Shown here: positions 11,495 through 22,182 of the stretch, one piece after another
Layout of the letters: the number at the start of each line of letters is the position of its first letter
Numbering within the stretch: the stretch's first letter is position 1
Assembly (NCBI RefSeq): GCF_001194135.2
Contig: NC_068983.1
Span: 156,460,907 to 156,494,077, forward strand
Length of the DNA stretch: 33,171 nucleotides
Direction: 5' to 3'
Source of the DNA: Octopus bimaculoides
Taxonomy: Eukaryota
The notes under the pieces: model-generated
What the model was told of the DNA's origin: nothing
What the model saw: the letters and a program-made list of their open reading frames with translations, nothing else
Databases searched by the model: none
Made by a program: the position numbers and the translations under genes

Positions 11495-12000
11495 CTGGGT
11501 TTGTAGTAGTAGACAGACTGAATTTGTGGAACATGTGTATATATCCTGGGTATGGTTTTAACCTGAATCCGGTTGTGGGATTGTGGTTCAGAAGTTCTGG
11601 GGTTCTGAGGAGTATGAGACCACTTCTTAGGTACTATTTTTTCCAGGTCTACTTTGACCCGCATTTGTAGCACCTGTTAGGTTCCTAGCTATATGTTAAC
11701 TACCATACGAGCCCTTGGACGTAGAAATACTCCTGTTGGTATCCGTGGGCGGGGGCGCAGGATGGACACTTGAAGTGAAGGACTCCTCGTCTTTGTTAAG
11801 GCATTACTCTAGGAGGAGGCTAACTTGTGTATAAAATCCGCTACTCTACTGATCCGGATGTCTCGCAATTTGCTTGTCTCTAGGTTCCTTGGTATTGCTT
11901 ATGAGAGTCGTTGTGGAGTTGTACAAGCCGCACACGACTTATAGCCCGTGCACAAATTGTCAGCAATGGCCATGCTCGTCTAAGGAGTAGAAGCTATCAT
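11495..12000. mobile_element. GC-enriched interspersed repeat, possibly a LINE 5'-UTR-like segment
   Basis: Abrupt rise in GC and complexity. The motif ACTCTAGGAGGAGGCTAACTTGTGTATAAAATCCG resembles 5' regions of RTE-type elements as I recall them. No ORF support. Confidence 0.25.
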
Positions 12001-12319
12001 TGAAGATATTTAAATGTATTCCAAAACACTAAGAAATTAGAAGTTCAACAAAGTCAATTAATTTTGTGGTAGTTATTGTGCTTAGTGTTCTACGTCGTTA
12101 CAAACCCAAAAGTATCAACTTGACATACAAATGCAATAATACAGAGTAAAAAAGTATAGATTGAATATATGTTTGAAATGCACATCGAGGAGGAGACATA
12201 AGACTTCGACGAATAACTAAAAGAGGATCTCAAGAAAAAAATATTGAATGCTAATATTCAACCTCCAGAACGGTACAAACAAAACCCGCAATAGACGTTA
12301 GGATTCTATTCCTACAAAC

Positions 12320-13010
12320 GAATATACAGATGGAGATTAATACATGTATCACACCCGAATACACGAAATACAGATATCTTGAGTGCTCACACAAATATAG
12401 AAAATCAACGCTGAAAATCTTCTTGGAAGATTATTTGGATCCTTCCCCATATCCAAAAATGATAATTAAATAAATCCACGGGATAAAATTAATCGACGAA
12501 GTTTATTCTGATAAACTAGTAGACTTAACTGTGAAACAATATAAGACACAAACAAATCGTGTCAAATAGTTGAGACATTACACAAAGCTTAAAATGTGTT
12601 ATGCGAATCAAAAGTACACTAACAACGGGATCGATAAATGTATCAAAAAAAGACATCTTAAAAAAAAAAGCAGAATATGAAACCATAAATTAACACTAAT
12701 GATATACTAAAGAAAAATATTAAAATTAAAAATCTTTGTATCAATAACAAGCCACAAATATGCAAATCAGAATACGCTGCTAATGACAAAAGTGGTCAAT
12801 AAATTCGATTATAAACGCGAATTAATGACTCCAGCTATTAACACTGATCGCATTCTCGCCTGCTCTCGGTACATTTACAAGACAAATTTGCAATACAGTA
12901 ACAACATGATATTAAACATAACTACACGAGTAAACATCAGTGGATAAACTGATTTACCATTCCTTGCAAAAACTGGGGACTGGTAATGGAAGAAACACTT
13001 CTAAAATAAC
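12320..13010 (+). mobile_element. Probable decayed Penelope-like element (RT C-terminal region plus GIY-YIG remnant)
   Basis: A-rich strand. One frame from 12330 runs about 120 codons with only two stops: ...HKYRKSTLKIFLEDYLDPSPYPKMIIK*IHGIK...LKMCYANQKYTNNGIDKCIKK (cf. PLE patterns YRKPT..xYL..xSxHP and NGYP...IDKCIKK). At about 12957-13000, TIPCKNWGLVMEET resembles the GIY-YIG YxIPCxxC..xYIGET motif. Matches are weak. Confidence 0.45.
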
Positions 13011-13341
13011 AGTACTGAAACAAATATTGAGATAAGATAAATAAGTTATCAGCAACAATATAGGCCTCACTGATGATGATTGAATCTAACGGTAAAAAAT
13101 ATGAAACGTGACGCTAATATCTACAATAATCACCTTGGCCCTTCCTACAAAAAAGTTGCAGAAACACATATAAACACCACCTCCTCTTATACCCTATTCT
13201 AAAGGGTATTCTAATGAAGCTATGAGAACTTTATTATTCCGAAGGAAATGCCATGAGCTCATAAAACATTATTTTAAAAACCGTGCTAATATACATAACC
13301 TTATAACATAGTTGTGCTTTCAATATCTTACACCCATGGAA

Positions 13342-13572
13342 GGCGGCGAGCTGGCAGAAACGTTAGCACGCCGGGCGAAATGCTTAGCGGTATTTCGACT
13401 GCCGCTACGTTCTGAGTTCAAATTCCGCTGAGGTCGAATTTGCCTTTCAACATTTCGGGGTCGATTAAATAAGTACCAGTTACGCACTGGCGTCGATATA
13501 ATCGACCTAATCCGTTTGTCTGTCCTTGTTTGTCCCCTCTGTGTGTAGCCCCTTGTGAGCAGTAAAGAAATA
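13342..13572 (+). mobile_element. SINE family 1, full-length copy A (tRNA head, core, tail c)
   Basis: GGCGGCGAGCTGGCAGAAACGTTAG (A-box-like), GAGTTCAAATTCC (B-box-like), core GAGGTCGA..TTGCCTTTCA..TTTCGGGGTCGA..AATAAGTACCAGT, then tail c. At least 15 related copies occur in the window. Confidence 0.92.
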
Positions 13573-13775
13573 AGAAACGTTAGCTCGCCGGGCAAAATGC
13601 TTAGCAGTATTTCGTCTGTCTTTTCGTTCTGAGTTCAAATGCCGCCGAGGCCGACTTTTCCTTTCATCTTTTCGGGGTCCATAAATTAAGTACCAGTTAT
13701 CTACTGGGATCGATCTAATCGACTGGCCCCCTCCCCCAAAATTTCGGGCTTTGTGCATAGATTAGAAATGAATAT
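13573..13775 (+). mobile_element. SINE family 1, copy B (5'-truncated, tail b), fused directly to copy A
   Basis: Starts at AGAAACGTTAG inside the head; same core; tail CCCCCTCCCCCAAAATTTCGGGCTTTGTGCATAGATTAGAAATGAATAT. Confidence 0.9.
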
Positions 13776-13790
13776 CCCAGACACATGGAA

Positions 13791-13910
13791 GGCGGCGAGC
13801 TTAGCAGAAACGTTAGCACGCCGAGCGTAATGCTTGGCAGTATTTCGTTTGTCTTTACGTTCTGAGTTCATATTCCGCCGAGGTCGACTTTACCTTTCAT
13901 CTTTTCGAGT
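13791..13910 (+). mobile_element. SINE family 1, copy C (3'-truncated)
   Basis: GGCGGCGAGCTTAGCAGAAACGTTAGCACGCCG...TCTGAGTTCATATTCCGCCGAGGTCGACTTTACCTTTCATCTTTTCG. Confidence 0.9.
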
Positions 13911-14286
13911 AGTAAAAAATACCTTTCACACATGCGCATATTTTAACGTACACGCACATACTGATAAGTGTGCAAACGAAAGCAACGAGTAAACAACAAA
14001 ACTCGTGGAGGTTAAGCATTTGTAGGTTAAATAGTTTGATTCAGGTCTGCATTGCTGAAAGTTTCAGAAACGTATAACGCACATCAGATCTTTCAGATGC
14101 GATGACCATATCAGAGCGTTCAAGTGTGACTTAGTAATGGATATATGATTCAAAATGTCGATTCATATATAAGCGTATATACGTGCACTTATGTTTGTGT
14201 GTGTATGTGTGCGTGAGAGAGACAGACATACAGACAAAGAGAGACAGGCAGTGATAGAGAGAGAAAGTGTGTGTATGTGTGTGTGT

Positions 14287-14323
<37 letters not shown>

Positions 14324-15751
14324 ACTACACCAGAACCCAGGCTACTTGTGGCCAGCTTGCGCACTCCAACTATTAAACCAAGAAATAATCTCAGAACGCT
14401 AAGTTTGTTTTACATACTGGGGCCACAGAAGCATGCCTCGGAACAGCATTACTTTATTTTCAACACATTTGTAATATCGGTGAGATCAAATGGAGAATAT
14501 TACTGGTATCAATGTTTCTTAGAACTCTTGAAAGCAAAACTCGACATGATACGAATTCCTACCCAAGGATCAAATTAAATATATGACAACAAACTGCTTT
14601 ATTTTTGATTGATCACGCTCTCATTTCAGGGCAGATGGTATATTATGACATTAATGGCTCTCAGAAGGATATCAGCAGCCTAGTGGTAGTGAAATGAATT
14701 CAAACAAGCATCAAATCTGGTTTATCAAAAGCATGCTTATCGTAGCCTCCTCTCTATGATGTTTATCTAAGAATAATAAAATATTAATCAATTTTGAAAG
14801 TTCAGAAATGTTAAGTAAAACCTTTTGAAGCTACTGATTGAATAAGAAATGTTTTGAAGTCACGAACAGTATGAAATAGAAATTTCAATACACAGGACGA
14901 AATGTTTGGGGCAATTTATTCGCTTTAGATGCTTATACTTTCTTAAGTTTTTATGCGTTACTTTTATTCTTTTAATATTTAGTACATCCATATTCGTGCA
15001 CGCACAGTTACAAAATATTTAGTACAAAGAGGAGAACGATGCATTGCGGGCTATCTCGAGTTATAGACATCCATGTGATATATATATATATATANNNNNN
15101 NNNNNNNNNNNNNNNNNNNNNNNNNNNNNNNNNNNNNNNNNNNNNNNNNNNNNNNNNNNNNNNNNNNNNNNNNNNNNNNNNNNNNNNNNNNNNNNNNNNN
15201 NNNNNNNNNNNNNNNNNNNNNNNNNNNNNNNNNNNNNNNNNNNNNNNNNNNNNNNNNNNNNTATATATATATATATATATATATGAGTTAGTATTTGTAG
15301 CTGATTGCCGTTCATCTGCTGCAATGTTTAATCAGTGAATAGTAAAGTGTCTAGACAAGGTTATACAAAGACACTGGTTTTCAGTAAGGGTAAAGAAACG
15401 GCCGGGATGAGGTTAGTTAATTATGGTGTAACCTTCCCTTAACTGATTCAATAAATTCTAATTGAAATATAGAATATAAGGACGTTTTCCATAGTAGCCT
15501 TTTTGATGTGCAGCTATTCTACGCTGGCTCAAATTAAGAGTTGTGGATTGCTTTTGTTTTTATTAATGCTATCTAGAAAGCTCTTTAAAAGTGTTGTTTT
15601 AGCTGGCTCCACCAAGATTAGTTAGCATAAAAATTCGCAATAATGACGAACAAAATAACTTTAGGAATATTGAATTTGCTACATTTACCCAAATTATTAA
15701 TACTTAAAATAATCTAGTTTAGTAAATTAGACGTTAACATTTCATCGATGG

Positions 15752-15890
15752 AAAGCCGGTGAGCTGGCAGAATCATGAGCATGCTGGGAAAAATGCTTAG
15801 CGGCATTTCGTTTGTCTTTACATTCTGAGTTCAAATTCAAATTCTGCTGAGGTCGACTGTGCCATTCATCTTTTCGGGATAAAATTTGAA
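15752..15890 (+). mobile_element. SINE family 1, 3'-truncated copy
   Basis: GCCGGTGAGCTGGCAGAATC...AAATGCTTAGCGGCATTTCG...CTGAGTTCAAATTCAAATTCTGCTGAGGTCGAC (small internal CAAATT duplication). Confidence 0.85.
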
Positions 15891-16209
15891 ACTAATATCT
15901 CATCACTTGCGTTAGGCTGTGCTCAAGTAATGCAGTCTACATCATGTTAACGAGTCATCAACGCAGTTTCTCTTCGTCGTTAGAATTGCTAGATATATCG
16001 GGAACTTCTCCGTCAAAAATAGTTATATACTGCATAAGGTAGAGCGAATTTGCAGGCTCAGATAAAACGCCTGATATACCCACATCGCTCCAATGCGATT
16101 TTTGTTTGGATTCCTCAAAAGTAACTACGCATTTACATCCATACGTACAAGAGACCTGTTCTAGAGTCGATTCTTCCTAACCTTCTTTATATCAAACTAT
16201 ATATATATA

Positions 16210-16345
16210 TCTTTGTCCCTCTTACTCGCCTCCTTTTATTGAATATATAATAACTGTAATTTAAATGTCCAGCCCTCTCATATTCTGTCACGCCGCCTCG
16301 GCCTGAAATTTATTTAGGGCACAGTTCTCTGCAAGACCTTCAACC
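16210..16345. mobile_element. Old diverged copy of the repeat at 31481-31777, opposite orientation
   Basis: CCTCTTACT...CTGTAATTTAAATGTCCAGCCCTCTCATATTCTGTCACGCCG...TTTAGGGCACAGTTCTCTG aligns by eye to the reverse complement of 31570-31685 (CTCTTACTT...CTGTAGTTCAAAGGGTCAGCCTTGTCACACTGTGTCACGCTG...TTAAGGGTACACGTGTCTG). Confidence 0.55.
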
Positions 16346-17124
16346 AGACCCTCGTATATTTCATAAATAGAATTGTTCGAACAACTGAATGCTCACCGTC
16401 AAAATTCTCCTTTATAGTTGATATAATACTGTATCCGAGTTCAGAATAATATTTTGTTCAATGACAAAATGTCTAAATGTCTTTTTACATATACACATCC
16501 GCTTGATCGGACTTGTGGATGCACAACAAATATAGAACAATAGCAAGATAAACAACAAAAATATTAATATTTACTTTCCCATGCATGCATACACACGCAC
16601 ACACGCACACACACACCACACGCACGCACCCACACACACACAACACGCACGCGCACACACACACACATATATATATGTATGTATATACACATATCCATAT
16701 ACCTGCAAAAACACTTATAAATATATTGGGAGAATTTCCAATACATTGAGGAAATTCTCCAAATATATACGGATAATTAGTTTAATTTACATTTTATATT
16801 AATATAAGAAAACAAAGTTAATTATGGATGCTTATTTTATTTGTATCACAATAAGCACAATAAAACATAGCAAATAAATGGATACAAATTAAAAAAAACT
16901 GAACGGAACATATAATTTTAAAATAAGCATTAAAAGGCCTACACATGTTTCAATCTAGTCGATTGAGAAAACAGTACTTCGGATCTGCAGGATTCGAACC
17001 ATGTTAAAAGTTGTTGATTTTATATATAACCGAAATGGACCAGATCTCATCAGGGCTTTCTATTGAAAATAGCTTGTTTACATATTTGATGGAGATACTA
17101 GAACCATATATTACGATTAGCAGG

Positions 17125-17350
17125 ATGATAATAACGTACTAAAGAAGATGAATGAGGACCGCATATTCATATGTAAAGCATCCATATAATGAAAACATTA
17201 AGTTATGAGAAAAAGAAAGAAAGGACGTCTTGAAAGTAAATGAGGGAGGAATTATTTAATCGAATCATGTTAAAAAAAACTATGAGAGATTTGAAAAATA
17301 GACGGTTGGGGGTTGTGAAGGACATTATGTAATTATGGGGAAGAGATTGT
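17125..17350 (+). mobile_element. Decayed 3' coding end of an RTE-like LINE
   Basis: Purine-rich strand translating with stops as VLKKMNEDRIFICKASI**KH*VMRKRKKGRLESK* and, in another frame, GKRLWRR. Compare the family pattern HVLRMxEDRIxK...GKRKRGRPxKRW...DRxxWRR. Confidence 0.45.
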
Positions 17351-17882
17351 GGAGACGTTAAGTAATTTGAATCAAAGAGAAAAATAAGGGGAAATAAAAA
17401 ATAACAAAAAGAGAGAGAAATAGATCTGCTGGAGAAAAAAATAACGAAATGAAAGTTGTATAGGGGAATATTAGTTAATTGAATGAAGCGAGAATAAACT
17501 ATAAGGGTTTTGAATGTATAATATAAATCATATAAATCATTTGTCTTAGTCGATGGTCGCCTATTACGTGATCTGTCGTCAATGAGAGTTTTTCCCCCTT
17601 AAATCTTCATCCATCTATGCACATTGCTTTTGTCAATTCTCATTTCAATGACAACTCGAAGGTTCTGCTTGGAACCTAATATTTGCTTGCAATAAAGAAG
17701 TATAGAAAGAAAATTTACTAAAAAGGAAGAATTATTCAACCAATGTGCACAATTTGAATAAATTATGTAATTTTATGAAACTGTTTTGCCTACTTTTGCA
17801 TTATTTCGGGATAATTCTTGTATTTCCGTTACTACGAGTAAGCTGGTTGAACACCTGTAAATATGGCAATGTGGCAATGCAA

Positions 17883-18045
17883 CTAAAATTCTAAAGTATT
17901 TTCCAGAACAAGAAAAACATCTAAAAATTCAAAAGTATATTCCTGAACGAGAAAACATCTAGAAATTGTAAAATATTTTCCTGAACAAGAAAACACATCT
18001 AAAAATTCTTAAGTATGTTCCTGAACGGGAAAGCGCATCAAAAAT
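17883..18045. repeat. Minisatellite, 4 units of 38/38/40/40 bp plus a partial unit
   Basis: Units start at 17883, 17921, 17959 and 17999; consensus about CTAAAAATTCTAAAGTATTTTCCTGAAC(A/G)AGAAAACACAT. Confidence 0.9.
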
Positions 18046-18634
18046 AAGGTCAGTGTACATCAAATGATGTATCCATGGTAATGGGACGCCGGAGTAAATG
18101 GTTAGTTAATTATATTATTGCATTTATTATATCTGAAAGGAAAATGCTGAAATTGTATCATAAAGCCTTTGACTGAGGATCGTCTTGTTCAGGGATGATC
18201 TAGGACGAAGCATCAAAAGACAACATTGAAAACGACTGTAGCAACATCATTATCGTTTATTGGACAATAAATCTTGCGATAGACTGGCGCTCTATGAGGT
18301 GGAAAAGTATCATTCATCATCTTCACATAAATTCAGTATACGCTGTGATAATCCCAATAAATGAACAAGACATCGCCATTTTTATTGTTGAAGCAAGTGG
18401 CATGAATCAGGCAAATTTCGCTGTAAATAATTTTGTTTTCTGATCTCATATTCTAGTAGGCAGTGACCTAGAATTAAACTGAAAACAAAAATAAACTTAA
18501 CTAAAGAACAATTAAAGATTAAAATATTCAATTCCAGACACTACACTTAAAATATAACCTGATTTACATAACCATTATCTTTGCTGCCTCTTTTGTCTCG
18601 TGCTATATTTTATTTTCGTCTTTAAAAAAAATGT

Positions 18635-18693
<59 letters not shown>

Positions 18694-18885
18694 NNNNNNN
18701 NNNNNNNNNNNNNNNNNNNNNNNNNNNNNNNNNNNNNNNNNNNNNNNNNNNNNNNNNNNNNNNNNNNNNNNNNNNNNNNNNNNNNNNNNNNNNNNNNNNN
18801 NNNNNNNNNNNNNNNNNNNNNNNNNNNNNNNNNNNNNNNNNNNNNNNNNNNNNNNNNNNNNNNNNNNNNNNNNNNNNNNNNNNNN

Positions 18886-18977
<92 letters not shown>

Positions 18978-19278
18978 TGTGCATGTATATATATATGTTT
19001 GTGCTTGCGTGTGCGCGGAGAGAGAAAAAGAGAGAGAGATGGCTCGTACATATGTGTATCCGTGTTTGTGCGTGTGAATGATAGTATGGAAAAAGAAATT
19101 GCAAGGAAACCAAACGCACAAAGTGTACATGTATGCATTTGTGACTGAGTATATGTTTGGACATGTGTGTGCGTGTGTTTCTCTGTGTGTCTATGTGTGT
19201 GTGTGTGTATGCGTATGGGGATGTGTTTGTATATATATCTATTTATATACTTAAACATGCATAAATATATAAAAACAC

Positions 19279-19316
<38 letters not shown>

Positions 19317-19846
19317 TATGGTGTCTGCGGAGAGAGAGAGAGAGAGAGAGATAGAGAGTGAGGGTGAGAGAAAAAACAAGATAGAAAGATTTCATGTATA
19401 TATTAGTACAGATGTAATAGCTTATGCGTTCGTAAACCCGTAAATGTCCACTGAAACAAGTAAAACAATAAATTAGGAAATATATTAAAAAACACCCGTT
19501 AAATTATTTAAGCAAATACACCATAATGGCGCACATGATTTAATCCCATTAATTTATATTATGTTCTAATTCTGCTAATTACCAGTAGTAACATATTAGT
19601 ATCAGTTTTGGATGCCTAAATGCCCATAAAAGAAATAATAAAAAGCAGATTTCTAGCGGCTACCTAATGCTCATGTAGAGGGAGAATAACACAGAAACAT
19701 GTTCGTAGCTACATGTTAGTAGAGATCAAACCTTTTCAGCAGGTATAATTTATTTTGAGACTTTTATTCTCAATTTCTTGAAGTGTTAGCTATTTCTATT
19801 ACAATTATTAAATGCTATCGCAAAGTTTGTCTTCCTTTTCTAAGTA

Positions 19847-19880
<34 letters not shown>

Positions 19881-19942
19881 TACGTTACGAATTACTTTTG
19901 AAACATATCTTGCAGTGTGAATGATACCAAAAAGTGTATGAC

Positions 19943-20155
19943 ACATTGGATAATATAGTCGGAGATACATTATGTTTGAATAAAAGACAGGATGGCCACA
20001 GCTGGAATATCTTTGAACATAGATCTACTGGATCGGGACTTACCTGATGCCAATCAACAAAAACAGTGAAGGACATGTTAGACAATGTAGTCCTGGAGAA
20101 CATACGTTTCAACAAAAGACAGGGTGGTCACAACTGGAACACTTTTTATCACAAC
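19943..20155. repeat. Two diverged tandem copies (period about 130 bp) of an interspersed repeat fragment
   Basis: 19943: ACATTGGATAATATAGTCGGAGATACATTATGTTTGAATAAAAGACAGGATGGCCACAGCTGGAAT versus 20073: ACATGTTAGACAATGTAGTCCTGGAGAACATACGTTTCAACAAAAGACAGGGTGGTCACAACTGGAAC. Confidence 0.7.
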
Positions 20156-20305
20156 TCCACTCTATCTTGATGGGCCAGGGTAATGTTGGGTAATGATTTT
20201 CTTTGTGTTTTTGTTTTTCTTTTTTTATCTCCCTGCAGCTCACTGCATCTCTGGTTATGTATCCTTGTCACCCTGTTCTCTGAAATCGTAATGTGGTGGT
20301 TTATA

Positions 20306-20596
20306 CAGGATGTCCCAGTATTAACTATCTATTGCAATGAAATCAGGCATTTTTTTTTTCAAAAATGACAGAATTCTTTGTTTATTTGTTAATTATGATA
20401 TCAAAGCAAACAGATTTATAAATCTTATATCAAAACTTTATTGAAAATTTTCAACATGTGCACCGTCTGTATCCCTGCAAATTTCATATCTATCCTTAGC
20501 TTTGTGAAACATATTTTGAAGCATTTCAGGAGTAATCTTCTGCACTGATAACTAAATGCATTCTTTAAGTTCAGCTAAACTATTGCTGGTACTGAA
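20306..20596 (-). mobile_element. Tc1/mariner-superfamily DNA transposon, right-end remnant (transposase C-terminus plus one TIR)
   Basis: 20596-20438 (minus strand) translates FSTSNSLAELKECI*LSVQKITPEMLQNMFHKAKDRYEICRDTDGAHVENFQ*, the typical Tc1/mariner-superfamily C-terminus (..LxELKxxI...ITPEMLxN...R...C...GxHxE). TA at 20304-20305 precedes a TIR-like CAGGATGTCCCAGTATTAAC. The other TIR was not found in the window. Confidence 0.78.
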
Positions 20597-21513
20597 ACAA
20601 TGACTAACAGAATTTTATGTTTAATTAATTGATTATAAGATTGTTTAACCCAAGGAGGACGCCTCCACCAGCTGGTTATTCAGTGCACTCTGCACTCGAT
20701 ATATACTGCAAGCAGGGAGAGAACTCCCAACTATTTTAGCTCCGAGACCATAATACCGATCGGTTACGACCTCTTTATAGTCATCTTTGGTGATGGATAT
20801 TCATCTGCTAGACATAACAGCAGGTAATTATGATATCAAAATTTTATAAAATGCTATCGTGGACAGATAAGCAGAATCCAACAAGGATGAAAATAAAATT
20901 ATGAAAAAAATTATAAGCAAACTAAAAATTCATTCACTTGTGTGTGCGTGTGTTTGTGTGTGTGGGAGGGGTTTAATGTGTGTGTGTTTTCGTGTGTGTG
21001 CGTGCGTGTGTGTGCATGTGTGTGCGTCTGTGTGCATGTTTGCTTTTTAGTGCGTATATATTTTGTGTTTGTGTGTGTGTGATAGAAAGAAAAACAATAC
21101 GATAGTTTAACGAATTCATGTGTTTTTGTTTTAATCTCTGATATTCAGCGTTGAACTGATATTATTTTAATGAAAAGCTAAAACCACAAAACAAACAAAA
21201 AAAAACAACATTAGGAAAAATAACTCAATAAAATTTAATTCAATTCACGGCCCACATATAAACAAAATAGCACACGAGATAGTATTTGTGTTTGTTATAA
21301 TTATTTTGGTTCTGAGAATAGCATTGTTGGCGTTGCTACTCTTGTTATTTATCTCCAGGCTACTTCTCATTGTAAAGACCTATGATCGAAAGTTTTCCAG
21401 TCATAAACATTATGCTATTTCGAATATTTTAGTACTACATTATCCAAGTTATCATGAGAATATAACCGCATATAACCAGCAACCGCATTGAGGATCCTGG
21501 CTGTTGTTGATAA

Positions 21514-21553
<40 letters not shown>
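21514..21553. repeat. (TAG)n microsatellite
   Basis: About 13 perfect units. Confidence 0.95.
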
Positions 21554-21554
<1 letters not shown>

Positions 21555-22143
21555 ATTACTCTTCCGAAAATTAACAGATGAGGAAAGAAGAGAGTCCAAA
21601 GGTGTATGATATCAGGATATGTCAAAATGGCACATCTCAGATATTCAACATGAAAATATGAGATTTAAAGACAACTGAATTAAACAAATCGAAAAAAATA
21701 CAATATCGCACTATATAGTTTTATGCGTAAACGATGTCTCAGGAATAAGCACCAAATATTTTAACAAATTTATATGTGTGTATGGATGGATGTATTTATA
21801 TATAATTGCACGATGTCGGTATACACTCGTGACACTTGTATTTATGTCGTAAGAAATGAATACTCAGGACATAAAGTGGAATTTGCATATTTGATTTCAA
21901 GCTTTAGTTTCACATTGCTCATTATCCAAAAGAATCTTTTGATTACTGACAATATGGGACTCAGGGTAAGCAGTCAATGAGCTTCGTTTTCTATAGAAAT
22001 ATGCAAACTGTACAATATATAAGGAGTACTTCTAAATTTGTATACAAAAATGTTCACCACCGCCTACACATTTACATACATTTATAACATATGTATCTAT
22101 GTATTCATGTATGTGCGTGTTTCTCTATATGCGTATGTGTGTG

Positions 22144-22182
<39 letters not shown>

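Noticed and set aside
13070-13112. Hammerhead-like core (CTGATGA...GAAAC) next to the Penelope-like remnant
   Set aside because: The position is suggestive, but helices I and II cannot be drawn and the GUH cleavage triplet is missing; CTGATGA may come from the adjacent GATGAT run. An Infernal search with hammerhead models would settle it.
13342-13440. SINE heads as genuine tRNA genes
   Set aside because: A- and B-box-like motifs are present, but there is no acceptor stem or full cloverleaf, and each continues into a repeat core.
16226-16302. Apparent minus-strand exon (TTTCAG|...|GTAAGA, open frame RGGVTEYERAGHLNYSYYIFNKRRR)
   Set aside because: It lies inside the diverged copy of the 31481-31777 repeat and contains AATAAA; the splice-like motifs come from the repeat.
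20044-20092. Apparent 49-nt minus-strand exon with a perfect CAG|GTAAGT donor
   Set aside because: It straddles two copies of an interspersed repeat, and joining it to the 28051 candidate creates an immediate TGA.
21908-21965. FHIAHYPKESFDY*QYGTQ frame as a possible selenocysteine (TGA) exon
   Set aside because: No selenoprotein motif, no SECIS seen, weak acceptor, and another frame is open without a stop.
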